Shown here: positions 12,701-26,200 of the stretch, piece after piece | How positions within the stretch are numbered: the first letter of the stretch is position 1 | How the letters are laid out: every line of letters begins with the position of its first letter | Assembly (NCBI GenBank): GCA_051362555.1 | Contig: CM120640.1 | Coordinates: forward strand, 53,670,788-53,734,787 | Length of the DNA: 64,000 nucleotides | Direction of reading: 5' to 3' | Origin: Lingula anatina | Taxonomy: Eukaryota > Animalia > Brachiopoda | Made by a program: the position numbers and the translations under genes | Notes under the pieces: model-generated | What the model was told of the DNA's origin: nothing | Databases searched by the model: none | Seen by the model: only the letters and a program-made list of their open reading frames with translations

Positions 12701-15700
12701 TTTTTTTTACGCCAGACCCCGCCACTACCCAAAGACCCAAGGTACAAAAAAAGCTCACAGTCTTATACCGTCTTGCTTACAGGCTATGTCTTCACTGTTT
12801 AACTCTTCTTTATACTAGCTTTAACTCTCTAAACCCGGGGATGGACCTGACAATAAAATGGCTTTCCCATCCTTAACGCTGTCCTCTGTCTTTACTACTA
12901 GAAATATACCTTGCTGCTCCTGATGGTGAATATTGATTTTAGTTGACGACTTCCGGGGGTGATCTGATTTGATGCAATTAAGAAATTTATCATTTCTCCT
13001 CATGCTGGTAATCGCAAACATACCAGGTATATAAAACCTACGAACACTGCGAATTTTTTGAGTACATGTATAAGAGGGTAGGGGATGTCTATCAGTTATT
13101 TTATTGGATTTTTCTTTACATCTTACACCATAGTATAAAATAGAGTGGGAATGACGCCATGAAAAAAACGGGTGTCAAGATGAGAAAGCAGCTAACAACA
13201 TGTATTTATTTGCCTGACAAAGCCTAGGATATTACTGGAGCGTCGAAACACGATTACTTCATTATTAAAATGTGTGTCAGAAATATTATCACAATTTATT
13301 TAGCATAGCTGACGCATTCTAATCCGAGAAAAAATCAATGAACATCCTTTTTTGTCAACGAAACGATTGACGACAGTCTGTGCTCTATATTGAGAGGCTA
13401 ACAGACTGTGTCATAACTCCCCGACAGCAAACTCTGTTGTTATCATATCTATATGCCGCTGTTTTTCATACGCGAAAAAAACATACATTGGTGCGCACTG
13501 GTCTCCAGTCAACATCAGCTCGCTCGGGTGTCGAGAAAATTTTGGAGAAAAAAAATTTGTGTTCGGATGTTGCAAGCAAACGACTGGGTCCAGTTATTTT
13601 TTATTATACCTATTTTACTGGAATCAACAAATATTTTGTTGTCGATAATAACTTTTGAAATGGCCAATGTGAATATGTAATATATTTTAATGGTTTGTTC
13701 CATCACCACAAACATGCTTTTTATCGAAAGATGAAACAATCATCAGCAATGTGCTTTGAAAGTCACCTTACGACACATAATCTTACGATACTTTCGTTAT
13801 ATAACGTACATCGTGGCATTGTGCATTGCATCGTAGATGGTGTCAAGCCATGCCACTCAGTAACGCCGAGCGCTACGGTGATTAACGTACTCACCCCGCA
13901 AGGTATGCTTTGTGGTGCCATCTTCTATTCCTTCTCCTGCAGTTTCTTTGATTCCTTAGAAACGCTGTTCACGTGAAAAGTCAATATTGCGTCTGCTTTT
14001 CTCCCCCTTAAATCAATTTAGTTGCATATATGTACAGCGCCAATGACCAAATTATACATGCCTACTGGTTTCTACCACAAGTCTTTATTAAAGGTAGCGT
14101 CCTCTATATACACATTTCATGAATCAAAGAAACCGAAGATATTAGTTCTTCCGTTGACGAGAAATTGTTGTTACCTGTATTTTTATTGTAGCTGAATAAC
14201 GCATGTTCCCACTTTCTGTGCGTGTCGTATTTGTTATTTGCATTAAATGGACACCAAAGTGTTCCCTTTTCCAAAGACGTACGATTTTTGTTCCCTGTGT
14301 TTCTCCCAACTAATAGAATTCCTTTTAAGAGTGTATGGTACTGATCCGATTAACATTGTCCAATGTAGTTCAAAGCTCACTGACCAACTTCCAATCTACC
14401 ACAATAATGCCGAAATGTCACGTTATCAACAGACGAGGATTTAATCTTGAACTAAATCATACGAATATGTAAAATCTACATTGACAAAAGGGGTGATGTT
14501 TCAGTTTTCTTCATTTACGTTTTGTGCCACATCATATCGTTTGCAGCATAAATGCCACTCCGAGTTATCACCAATAGAATCTATACCAACGCTGAAGATG
14601 TCACCTTTTCCATTCACTTCGTTGCTTGACAACAACGTCTAACACAGACGCGGACGGAAATCCTGTGTTATATGACAGCAGTGATTTTTTCTTAAGGTTG
14701 CCTCTCGACGACGGGTCATTCTTCTGTTGTTCACAGTTGATATTAAACAATGTCTAATGTGGATACCTCTGAGGTATGGGTATCCAAAATGTTCTGACAA
14801 GGGTTCCTGTCAGCGTCACGTTTATCATTCTAGCGTGATAACTGATGTGACCAAGGGTTGTTGAATTTTAGGAAGCGCGATTTCACTCCTTATTTCTGAT
14901 GATCTTTATCATGCTCTACCGTCTCAAGAAATTTGCAATTGTGGTGTTCTTTAATTTCCTCTCTTGCGGTCATTCCAATGCAGCATTCAATAAAAAAAAT
15001 GTGGAATTCGAAATGTTTTCCACAGATTTATCCAAACACATATTTTTCTGGGCATGCAATGCTTAATATCTGTATTTATCTAATCTTCGGCCCCGACATA
15101 CAACAACTGCCATTACCAGGAACTACTGGGCTTAAACAAGTCATGAACTGGGGAACAAATTCCCTGGGGTCATAACTGAAGCCGACAGAGCATTGGCAGA
15201 AACCACAATTACGCAAATAATTTAAGAAACACGACGATAGTTTCTGTATAATTCGATCGCCACAGGACTGGACAAAATGTATGATAATGAGATTATTGAC
15301 ATTTCAATTTAATTAATATTGAAACTACACATACTTGTTACATCAATAACACACATTTTACAACATGAACTCTTGGCACAGATTATCAGGGTTATCATTA
15401 TTACCTTAATGCAAAGTAATCTAGCATTAGCAATTATTTTCACTGGGCCATTTACAGTGTAGGGTCGGCCTCTGGCAATCGCGTTTGGCAAGTCTAAGCA
15501 GTGATTTTTTTTTACCTAACTGCATAACCAAGTCAATTTGTGTAATATACCTAATATAACACTCAAGAGGTTATACACTGTATGCGTTAGGATTTCCGCC
15601 CTTATTCGCTAATATGACAAGGAAATAAAAACTGGCATGTTATGAGATATAGCTGTCACATTTAAAATGCATCAGGGTGAATTTGTTTAATCGAGGCCAT

Positions 15701-16835
15701 AACAGGTACACTTTGTTGGTGAAAACTGTAATATCGATTTCAAACAGACCCCATTCACTTAAACAGCTATCAACACCCCTTTAACATCTATTTAATCACA
15801 ACAATAACTACTACATTTTTTGAAAGGCTTACCACTGATTTTGTCAGTAAAGAGGCGAAATAATGTCTTTGTTTAATGAAATATCATAATTGAGGGCTCA
15901 CATCTCCTAAACAAAGAATGTACAATCAACAGACACCACTGAATTGAACTTCACACCCTGGTCGTCAACCATGCCTATTTTCATGATAAAATCCTGAAAA
16001 TCTGACGTAGATACGGAGTTATTTCCAGAACTGATCACTATCTCACACCGATACACGCCTGGATACCCTGTGTAGAAAAGCGCGAAGGGTGGCCACTAAA
16101 ACAACAAAAAAGGAGTTTTTATCCAAAAATTGTGTATTTTTACTGCACTACCGGTATATCAAGATAGGCACCTTATGCAAAGGACATGGGGGGGGGGGGG
16201 AGCTATTTTGCCATACTAGGTCATAGCCATTAATAACGTTTCGAACCCCCTAATGGCATACATCACAATTGCAACTTCTTGATATGTAGCAATGTGGGTG
16301 ACCTGGCTAATAGGCCACGTTGAAACTCGCGGCATCCTTCCTAGACTTCAAATGAACTGTCAATATCAAAGCGTTTTAAAAGTCATAAGGCATGTTGCAA
16401 TACACAATTTATGGTCAATGATTAACCATCTAGATTGACATTTTTGTTGTCTTTCAATCACACAGTCGACCTTTTCCCAACTGTTATTTAGGCTGCATAT
16501 ACACCGTAAGTGGGTTGCCATTTCGACTGTTTAAAAGTAAACGGCAATGCCTGCAGCATAAGTTGATATCCATAGCCTTTCTTTAATATTGATATAATAA
16601 TGTCAGATTAATGACGCGCAGAAACAATCCCAAGGCATACTCACAGATATTTTAATACAACAGCACACAGTTACAATTAAGTGAATTGGGATTTACTGTA
16701 AAGAAACAACATTAGGTAAAATTTTAAGCCACAGTTAATAAAAATTCGTACGCTTCTTGATACAAAGAGCCACATGACATATATTTAACGTAAAAACTTT
16801 AAACACATATTGAATAAAACAGAAATACTTTTTTC

Positions 16836-17121
16836 TTTCGCCTTCGCATAAAATCCTTGTACACACAATGGACAATAGAAGTGTCACCCCTACTGAACCA
16901 ATACTTTGGGGGATATAAATGACTGTGGAATGATATGCTCCTGGTATCATTTTATTAACAGGAAATTTCACATAAAAAATGTAGACCAGGCATTATAACT
17001 ACTCAAGATCTGTCTACTTTGATTATTGATTACTTGATTAATATTATTTGATTACTCTAATTCAGGGGGTGACACTTCTATTGTCCATTGTGTGTAAAAG
17101 CCTTTTCTGCAAAGAGCGAAA
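16836..17121. mobile_element. MITE-like element with about 60-bp terminal inverted repeats
   Basis: 16836-16896 and 17061-17121 are inverted copies, with the perfect core ACACACAATGGACAATAGAAGTGTCACCCC / GGGGTGACACTTCTATTGTCCATTGTGTGT. Confidence 0.75.
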
Positions 17122-20100
17122 TGGGATTCTTTATATGGTGACCACAAATGACGACGGGGGAGGGGGGGCATAATTGGTCGTAATCGATATATTGTACCAA
17201 AGATAGTGTTTTTGACGATCAAACCATTTGCGGTAGTGTCTTTTTGTCTTACGTTACACAGTGAAAGGCATAGTCATGCATCTCATGAAAGGACATACAT
17301 TTATTAACTTAATATTTTCAGTAAGTACCCCAATACGTATTCTTCATAGAGTATAGTACATAGTAAAAACTGCAATATCTTGTGACATTTACATCTAATG
17401 GTCAAAGTACTTTACCCATGAAAATAAAGGTAACAGAAATAAATTTCAGCTAAACTGGATAAATTATTGTTATTGTTACTGGATAAGTTATGGTTATTGG
17501 TTTTGATGTATTTTTATGGTATTGCTTACATGTATAAAAGCAACATTATTATGAGGTGTCATGCTTGTTCCGACCTTAGTGACTGGTTTATTCGCCTTTT
17601 GGGTTTGATAACAATGGCCTGCGATTTTAGAAACATTGGGTCTATATGCACAGTACATAAAAATTTTTTCGTATAGTAAATCACTTGAAAGTCATTGAAA
17701 TTATGACCAAACATTTTAAAGCGGATTAATGATCAGTTCTATAGAATGCACACAAAATAAATTAAGCTACGTCGGTTTCTTTAAACAGGCATTTCAATTT
17801 GATATACTTATCTTTACACACAGATCATACTTTTCGAACGATTTGCAGGTCTCGACATTGATAATAAAAAAAATCTATATTTCCAACCATTCCACCGATA
17901 TCAAAGAAGCTTATCATAAATAATAAGGCTTTTTTGTATTCTCTCTTTCCTTGTAATATACGCAACAATCCATTTATGAAATATTTTAAAATGAAGTTAG
18001 ATTTAATCTTTAAAATAAACATTTTAAAGAGACATGTTAACAATACTTTCTATCATGAAAAGGCATGGTTCATATTGAAACATGTATAAACCAGTCCATC
18101 AATGTGGCTTTGTCCATTAATGAAGATTCGAGGCTGCCACAGGGAGTTTGTTTTGTGTAGTTGGGGCACCTTGTTTAACCGTGCAATAAACCTTGTAATA
18201 TAGTGTGGTGTCATCCATGACTTTTATATCGTGGACACAAAAGAGCCCTTTTTCTGTGTTTGAACACCCTTTTCGTTTTAAAGCGGGACAATCAATGTCA
18301 GTACGACTGTAAAATGTATTTTCTAAAAGAGATGTTTCAATGATGAGTGAGAGTATTTCACCACCACTTTGATTTGCTCATAGTGAATACTGAATATAAG
18401 GGCCTTAGTGAATTCTTAGAGACTGTCATCTCTTTATCTTATTTCTAATCAGGTTTCCTGGAAAGTCCTGGCAGCGGGGTCGTGGGCTCGGAGATAGAAA
18501 GATTAATGTTACTTTCCCACAAAATGACATTCCCAGAAACTCAGGAACCTAAAGAAAAACCAAGTATAGAGCTGGCATCTGTCTGTGACGCTGCGTTCGT
18601 GCAAGATCTTAATTTTCTGAGGAAATACTTTGAACTGGCAGCCTTGCATGCAGGGTTTAGTATATTGTTTAATTTAACAATATTTATCTGATTGACATTT
18701 TCTTTGCCTGGCTAATGCGCCCAAACAAGGTACTTTTTTTCCATTCTAGGCCTAATCTTTCTTATTAGTCCAGCAAAGTCATGTTGCCTTCATTAACATG
18801 CGCCTTGCCAGATTTTTGTCAGTGACAATCACCAGAGTAATACATTGAAGGAAATGACACAAAGAACCCTATCTGTTATTGATGGTTCCTTCTGCTCTCG
18901 AGAAAAAGGATTTGCGGTAGGATGGCTTTCCTAAGATTAAATGGATCGTATATGTATTTATAGACTTAGTGACAGAGTATGTTAAGAATAGTCAAAGAAA
19001 GCTGAACTGCTTATCAATATAAAGGATGCTACAAAAGCAAGGTGGGTATTTTAAAATCTGAATATTGACGTGTCAACCTTGAGCAAATACATTTGTGGCT
19101 GCGAAATAAAACGTTTTTAAAATTTTCTTCCGTTCATTAATGCTTTCTCCATTTTGGGAAGAAGTTTGCTGCTAGCCTTCTACTGCTTATAAACTATATT
19201 ACCGTACATGCATTTAAATGAATAAATTCCCTGCTATGCGTGTAATCAGTGTGACATGGTTTGCGGGTACTGTGAGGAAGTCTAGTAGACAACTTTGTAC
19301 TGATTTTGATTTGATTTACAGTGATTTCACTCATCTATCCATTTTTCCGTTCACGAGTAAAACCCAAAATGTAGCCAGCGTTTTCTATGACCGATCAAAA
19401 TCAAACCGGTAATAGGAAAATAATACACCCGAACGCGTTTTACACCTTTTTAAGGAAACAAACATTCGCGCGAGCTAATTATCTCTCCTCTTTTTCAATC
19501 TTTTGAAAAATATTTTTCTTTGGAAATTTTGAAGAATGCCTTCCCCAAAGTCCCCTAAGGTGGGTGCAAGTCCATACAGAATGTACCACCTGGATGAAAC
19601 TTCTGGACCCATGAAACAACGTTATTGGGTTGTTGCTAGCCGGAAATAAACCTCAGAGCCGCCCTACATGCACAGAATGCAATTCAAATATGCATGTAGG
19701 CCTACTTGTATCTATAGAGTAACTGAGTTACAAGAGTAACTGTGCGAGTATCTCTTTCGGGTAAGGTAATTTGGCTTGTGAGGGGCTATTTTCCAGTCGA
19801 TTTTTTACTATCTTAGGTGTACAATGTAGTTAAGAATTTCCCTTTTTTCAAAGTTTACAGGAAACATACCGGTACATTGTATTACCAATTTAACAGTTTC
19901 CGTACAGTACATCACTGAGAGAGGCAAATTAAAAGAGCTTAGACAACCTAGTTTTAAGCGTCGCAAACTGAAGATCTCACCGAGTATCAATTATTTGGAA
20001 CGTTCCGGTAGACCTAACGGGTATTGGGCCCAGGTGCTATAATAGTAGGCCTACAGGCACCGTACCTCTGTAGATTTCTTAGTGTGCTTAAGAAGGCCTA

Positions 20101-20589
20101 TCACATTTTAAAACGTAAGAACCAGGTGGCATTTTTTTTACCCATGTTAGTTACATTGTTTACGTAAATGTGTACATCGTTTCTGTACATCCATCCATCG
20201 CCTTTGTCTGTCGTCGCTGGTTACGTCGCCGATGCCGTACACTGCTTCAGAGACAACAATTTAAGTGAACAACCATTTGGCCTTTTGACTTCAAACTTAC
20301 AGATTTGATTAATATATATATGTAAAATACAGATAGAGTCCAAAAATTCAGCCCAATCGTTATTCATTAAGCTATGCAGTTTATGTTACTTATTATTCTT
20401 GAACTTGAAAATTTGTTTCTTAAGATTGACATACAACTTAGATTGGAAACATATAGCTTGACAGGATTTTTTTTCTGGAATTTATGCATTTTTTTTTTTA
20501 ATTTTCATTTTTGTCATTCTGACATGAAAATTGTGTGAATTTGAACTCTCATGTGCCATTTTTCTGTTGCATATTCTTAATATCCGTGA

Positions 20590-20855
20590 TACCTGTTGTG
20601 CATAATTTAAGTTTGGTGTTGATCTTGCTGTTAAGCATTATGCAATATTGCATCAAAATTGAGAAATATCCAATTTTGTGCACCATTAGCAGTAATAAAG
20701 AAAACTGTGTTACTTACATTATGCTCAGTGAGTCACACTTACAAGAGCGATTCTTAGGAATAAAATACAGCTTTGAGTCAGAAACCCAGTTCAATTAGTT
20801 TCTTTTCCTTGAAGCACGTAGGCCCCTAATGCATTTTTGTGAAACGTTCATTTTT

Positions 20856-20903
<48 letters not shown>

Positions 20904-21033
20904 GTGCTGTTCTTAGTAGGCCTACTGTCTTTGTTACCCGTTGTGCATAATTAAAATTTGATGTTGATTTTGCTGTTTAGCATTATGTAATACTGCATCA
21001 AAATTGAAAAAAAAAACTATTTTGTGCATCATC
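20590..21033 (+). repeat. Pair of diverged direct repeats of about 98 bp with a poly(A) tract between them
   Basis: 20590-20687 and 20935-21033 align (TACCyGTTGTGCATAATT...TGCATCAAAATTGA). The A tract is at 20857-20902. Confidence 0.8.
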
Positions 21034-21187
21034 ATTTTCTGCTTTATGTCTGCCTCGCTTTTTTATGTTTAGCCACTCGAGCAAACACCCCTCCCGCTCC
21101 CCCATTACACACATAGGGACATGTATAATGATATAGGCCTACTATCATTATACATGTATAATGATATACTATCAACGCGTACTATAA

Positions 21188-22824
21188 TATGGAAGCGTGT
21201 AAGGGTCACAACACCAACACCAAAAACAAACTTCACAACACCAACACCAAAAAGAAAACTCACAACACCAACACCAAAAAGAAAACTCACAACACCAACA
21301 TCAAAAACAAAGCTCACAACACCAACATAAAAAACAAAACTCACAACACCAACACCAAAAACAAACTTCACAACACCAACACCAAAAACAAAACTCACAA
21401 CACCAACACCAAAAATAAACTTCACTTTAAACAAACCCGAGTATCATGTCTGCATTAGATAACCACTCTACTTGACCCACTTCAGTGGCCATTAAAGAAC
21501 AATCAATTGTGAAGTTTAAGGCCCTTTGATTGAACAACCATATTTTCTCCCATATTTTAGTTTAGAGGTAAAAACTAAAATAGGATAGAAAATATGGTTA
21601 CTTTGACTGCTTGGCACGGCTGTCTATCCTGCTTTTGTGAAAAAATCTTAGATGATCTAATTAAGATTAAAATAGACCATTTTCTCTAGAAGGGTTGGAA
21701 TTGCCACTACTCTTTAATATGCAACCTTGACAAGTGATTGATTGTTCTTCAATGACTACTGAAGTCGGTCAAGTTGGAATAGTAGCCTAACCTGGTGCAA
21801 ACATAATACATATGATTCTCAAGATTGCTACTAGCCTCTGTGTTTAAAATGCTCCCCGTGCTTGTTGTTGCCAAAGCAACCAAAGTAACTATATTTTCTA
21901 TCTTATTTTAGTTTTTCCCTTTAAACTAAAATATGTTAGAATATATGGTTCTTCAATCAAAGGACCTTAAACCATTGCAAGCTAATTAACTTCGAGACAC
22001 TTCTCGGGCTTAACATCCAGAAGTCACACGTACCTCACTTCTGAATGTTAAATCGTTTAAGTCATGTTTATCAACTTCGGTAGTTGAGGCTGATGCCTGA
22101 ATATCACATAATCAGCGTTCTTCGACAGAACTATAAGTAAAACATGATTTTTGAATAATTGGCGATCCTCAAATGTAGCTGGGATTGATTGATATGTAGA
22201 AATAGATTCAGAAATTGAAACTTGACTCTTACTTTGTTCTACGTTACGTTATTATTTCTACAAGGACCACACCTTACATTACTGGTGATCGAGCTTTATT
22301 TTTATAAACACTGTGCCTCAACAGCCGCACAGCTGAATACGAAATCTCAATTAAGCTTTATTGTGTTAAAAAGTAAGACACAAAATTAACATCTTGAAGG
22401 GTTGGAACTGCCTCTACTCTTTAATGTGTAGGCTTGACAATTGATTGATTATTCTTTAATGGCCATTGAAGTGGGTCAAGTGTGAGTGGTCATATAGTGC
22501 AGACATGATACGGTTTACATGATACTCAGGTTTGTTTAAAACGCTCTTTGTTTGGTGTTGTGAGTTTTCTTTTTGGTGTTGGTGTTGTGAGCTTTGTTTT
22601 TGGTGTTGGTGTTGTGAGTTTTCTTTTTGGTGTTGGTGTTGTGAGTTTTGTTTTTGGTGTTGGTGTTGTGAGTTTTCTTTTTGGTGTTGGTGTTGTGAGC
22701 TTTCTTTTTGGTGTTGGTGTTGTGAGCTTTCTTTTTGGTGTTGGTGTTGTGAGTCTTCTTTTTGGTGTTGGTGTTGTGAGCTTTCTTTTTGGTGTTGGTG
22801 TTGTGACCCTTACACGCTTCCATA
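21188..22824. mobile_element. Foldback-type non-autonomous DNA transposon with 27-bp tandem arrays in long TIRs (TATGG...CCATA ends, IS3EU-like)
   Basis: Perfect terminal inversion TATGGAAGCGTGTAAGGGTCACAAC / GTTGTGACCCTTACACGCTTCCATA. There are 8 left and 9 (plus a partial) right units of about CACAACACCAACACCAAAAAsAAArCT, and the inverted homology continues about 90 bp further inward. No transposase ORF. The superfamily is inferred from the termini only. Confidence 0.85.
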
Positions 22825-22961
22825 TTTCATACGTACTTTATAATAATTTTAATATTTTCCAATACAAAATACAGACGTGAAGTAACATGAATGCAAAAAA
22901 AGTGCTATATGAATAATTACAAGCACCCGGTCAGAGTAGGCTACATGCCCACCCGGACAGA

Positions 22962-23136
22962 CCGTTGTAACGTGACGGAGTCCCCCATGATAGAGAGTCC
23001 GCTTCCAATTCATTTGTACAGGTAACCCTCGCCCTAAATTTTGCCCCACTTACTGTAGGTCAGACTAACACTAACCATTATAACTAAATCGAAGTCGGGG
23101 TCTCTGCAACATGGACCCTCAGTATCGTTACACCGG
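22962..23136. mobile_element. Short MITE-like element upstream of the WBP1-like promoter
   Basis: Imperfect inverted ends of about 40 bp (CCGTTGTAACG...CGTTACACCGG), flanked by the direct repeat ACAGA at 22957-22961 and 23137-23141. Confidence 0.6.
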
Positions 23137-23165
23137 ACAGATTTACAATAAGTCGCTTTGCCGAA

Positions 23166-23242
23166 GCCATTTACGTTACGGCCGTCAGATGGCGCCACCA
23201 ATATTTGCATGACAATCCAACCGTTGGTGTTTAAATTTCAAA
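23166..23242 (+). promoter_or_regulatory. Probable core promoter of the WBP1-like gene
   Basis: A motif cluster within about 100 bp of the ATG: YY1-like GCCATTT, CTCF/YY1-like CCGTCAGATGGCGC (23182-23195), CCAAT (23198-23202), octamer ATTTGCAT (23203-23210) and CHR-like TTTAAA/TTCAAA. Motif evidence only. Confidence 0.5.
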
Positions 23243-23269
23243 TCGAGGCCAACGCAAAATGACAAGAGA

Positions 23270-26200
23270 ATGGGGAGTGAAACTTTCAAAGTGGCGATTA
23301 TTACACTATTTTCTCATTCAGCTTCTTTGATAAAGGTTTGTGAATGATAAACTTTAACAATACGTTTTACAGGTGGAATATGGAAGTCGAAAAGTTAATT
23401 GTTGCGCAAACGTTTTATGTGCGGTTATTTAGGGTCGTGGCTTGTTATTTGTAGTCAGCTGGTTTAAAGAGATTTCCCAGTTTGTGTTTTCTGTTGTCTT
23501 CATTTATATGTCGAAGATGTTGTTTGAGTAAATGTGTTGACCATATATTTTTGAAACAGAGTTAGTGGTCGGCATTATGTCACAGTTTGAAGTTTATTAC
23601 CTTCCTTTAAAGAAAGGTTTACTTTGTCTGAATTTATGTGAACGCATGCAGTTGTTTACGAATTGAATGAAAAGTAAATGTGTGACGTTTCCGCCTTGTC
23701 CTGATGTCACCGGGTATACTCTAACCTTTTGTTTCTTTGGACTTAAAGTAAACCGGGTCCTAGTAAGCATGAGATATTTAAATTATTAACAGGTAAATGA
23801 ACCTAAAGCACGTGACATGTGTCCTGCCATAATATGTACATTAAAAAAAAAAAAAAAATAGGCGTCAGATATGAGTATATTCTACTGATAACTGGCATCT
23901 AAAATGAAACTTTCTCCTGTCCAAATTAATTTTAATAAGGAATCATCACCAAAATAATTATTTGGAGTTCAAAATACAATTTTGAATGACATGGTAATTT
24001 ACTCTATTTTGATGAAAGATTTGCAGTGTTGGACTTGTAAGCTATTTGCAGATCAAAGTATTTTCCTAGGGCATGGACAAAATTATGAAGGAATTTGAAA
24101 CGCAGCATCTTCCTTTGAAGACGTGTGTGTTCGGGTAATCATTCGCCCATTGTCTCAAATAAGCTGTGTTGATAGCTCCACGGGAGCCTGAACAGATTAT
24201 TATCAAGGTCCCGCGCTCTGTGCCTCAGTGAATTTCTATTGTTCTTTTGCATTGATTACACATTTCTAGCTGTTCCTTGTGTCCCCCCTTCCCATTATAG
24301 GTTTTTAAATATATAAATATACATTATTTGAAAGATGTTTTGAAATAAAGCTACTTAATTCAATGTAAATCTTAATCACCAGATGTACCTAGTACTCACT
24401 ATTTTGGCAGATGTGCCTGTATTGGCTGATACATGCAACTATGCCAACACCCTTCGCACAAAAAAAAAAAATGTGTTAACTAGCAATTTCATGTATTAGT
24501 AGGGTTTTGGATATCAACTATGACTGGGTTCCCATACATAGATCGATCCATCTGGATCGATCTAACTCCCTGGGGAGTCTCCCTAAATTGTTATCAACTA
24601 ACCAGCTTAAATGTCTGTCACGCCTACCAAATCAGCTAAGGGGTAAAGATAATTACCCCCTAACAGCTTTACTAGGTGTGACAGACATTAAAGTCAGCCA
24701 AGTTGACAGCAATTTAGTGTGACTCCCCAGGGAGATAGATCGATTCAAATATCTGTGGGAATAGCCCCTGTGTATGAAGTAGACATAGAAAATACACTTA
24801 TAACAGTGCTTACACATAACTTTTCTTGCAAAAGAACCCAATAGATATCATTCAAAGGTATGAATGTTGAAAAATAACATAAGATTGTTTTCAATAGGGT
24901 GTTTATGATCTTGGCCAAGACAGTTTTTTCAGTTGTAGTAAGTTTATTTCTTTTCAGGCTTTGGATTACTGTCCTGATTCAGACTTCTATTGTGAAGAGT
25001 CTCATTGTTGTGGGAAAGGGAAATGTTGTACATATTATTATGAGTTGTGGTGTAAGTACTCAACTTAATTTGACAATGGTACTGCATGTATCTGTACTTT
25101 AATTGCAGTTATATGACTTAATATTTTGTCAACTGTTAATCAGGGAGTGTATTTTTTAAATGAGAGATTTGAAATGGTATGTTGAGAAAGAAAAAAGAAG
25201 TGAAGAGTAAAGTTTGTATGATGTATTGATGATGATAATAATAATGATAATTTTAGGGAGAGTTTCCAAGTTTCACCATATTAATACTTGTTTTACATTA
25301 TTGTAGAGTGTTGTCTCTCTGCCAGACCAAGTATTTGTCTTCTTGAGTACTTGAGCAAAACATATTATTTATCATTGCATAGTAAACCATCATTTAGAAC
25401 AAACAAGGACTTTTGCTTCAGGGTTTTGGCTGATATGGGTCATCATAGCTGCAGTGAGCTTCTGTTGTATATATCAACACAGGCGGTTGAAAAGACAAGC
25501 TCTTCAGAGAAGAAGGCATAGTAGAAGGGGCAATAGAACAATACATTTTTTTCAGCCTTTATTTGATCCAGGTTAGTTTGATTTGACATAGACATTTTTT
25601 GTTATAATAAATTTGAATTTGAAAACAATCAGGTGTAGGATGCAGGAAATAAATACAGGAATTATATATATAATAAGTTGAGGTGCACATACCATTGGTA
25701 TCCCTCCAGTAATTGCATAAAGAATTTATCACATCACTATGTTTAAACTTTTAAAGAAAAATATAACAAATACTTCACAGACCCTCAGATGTGTATATAC
25801 TCCCTCTGTCTTACACTGTCACTGATAGAAACGAGGCTCATTGGGAGAAGGATATTGTTGCAAATTCCACCCTTCTCAACCTACGTTGTAGGACCAACAT
25901 AGGAGCATGTTTAGTTTGTTCTAGTCTCAACCAATCAAATCTAATCCCAGTTTAACTGGTTCAAACACCATTTTATCCACAAACAAACATCTAAATTTAT
26001 TGAAATACTTAGTATGCCAGTTTCCATGTAATGCCTACTGGTATTCCATGACATTAGTAATATTATTTTCTTGGTATGTAGATAAAGGGCTCCATTTACC
26101 TAGTTATGAAGAGGTGCAAGACATGCCAGAGGATCCTCCACCTTACAGCACCAGTCACTACCTGAACCTTCCAGTAACCACAGTGGGCACCGCTTCCTCT

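Noticed and set aside
21208-22806. CRISPR-like appearance of the regular arrays
   Set aside because: The units are head-to-tail with no unique spacers, there are no cas genes, and the context is eukaryotic.
21105-22880. ORFs with HNTNTKKK, FGVGVVS or WCWCCE repeats
   Set aside because: They are translations of the 27-bp arrays in the foldback TIRs and are open in several frames on both strands.
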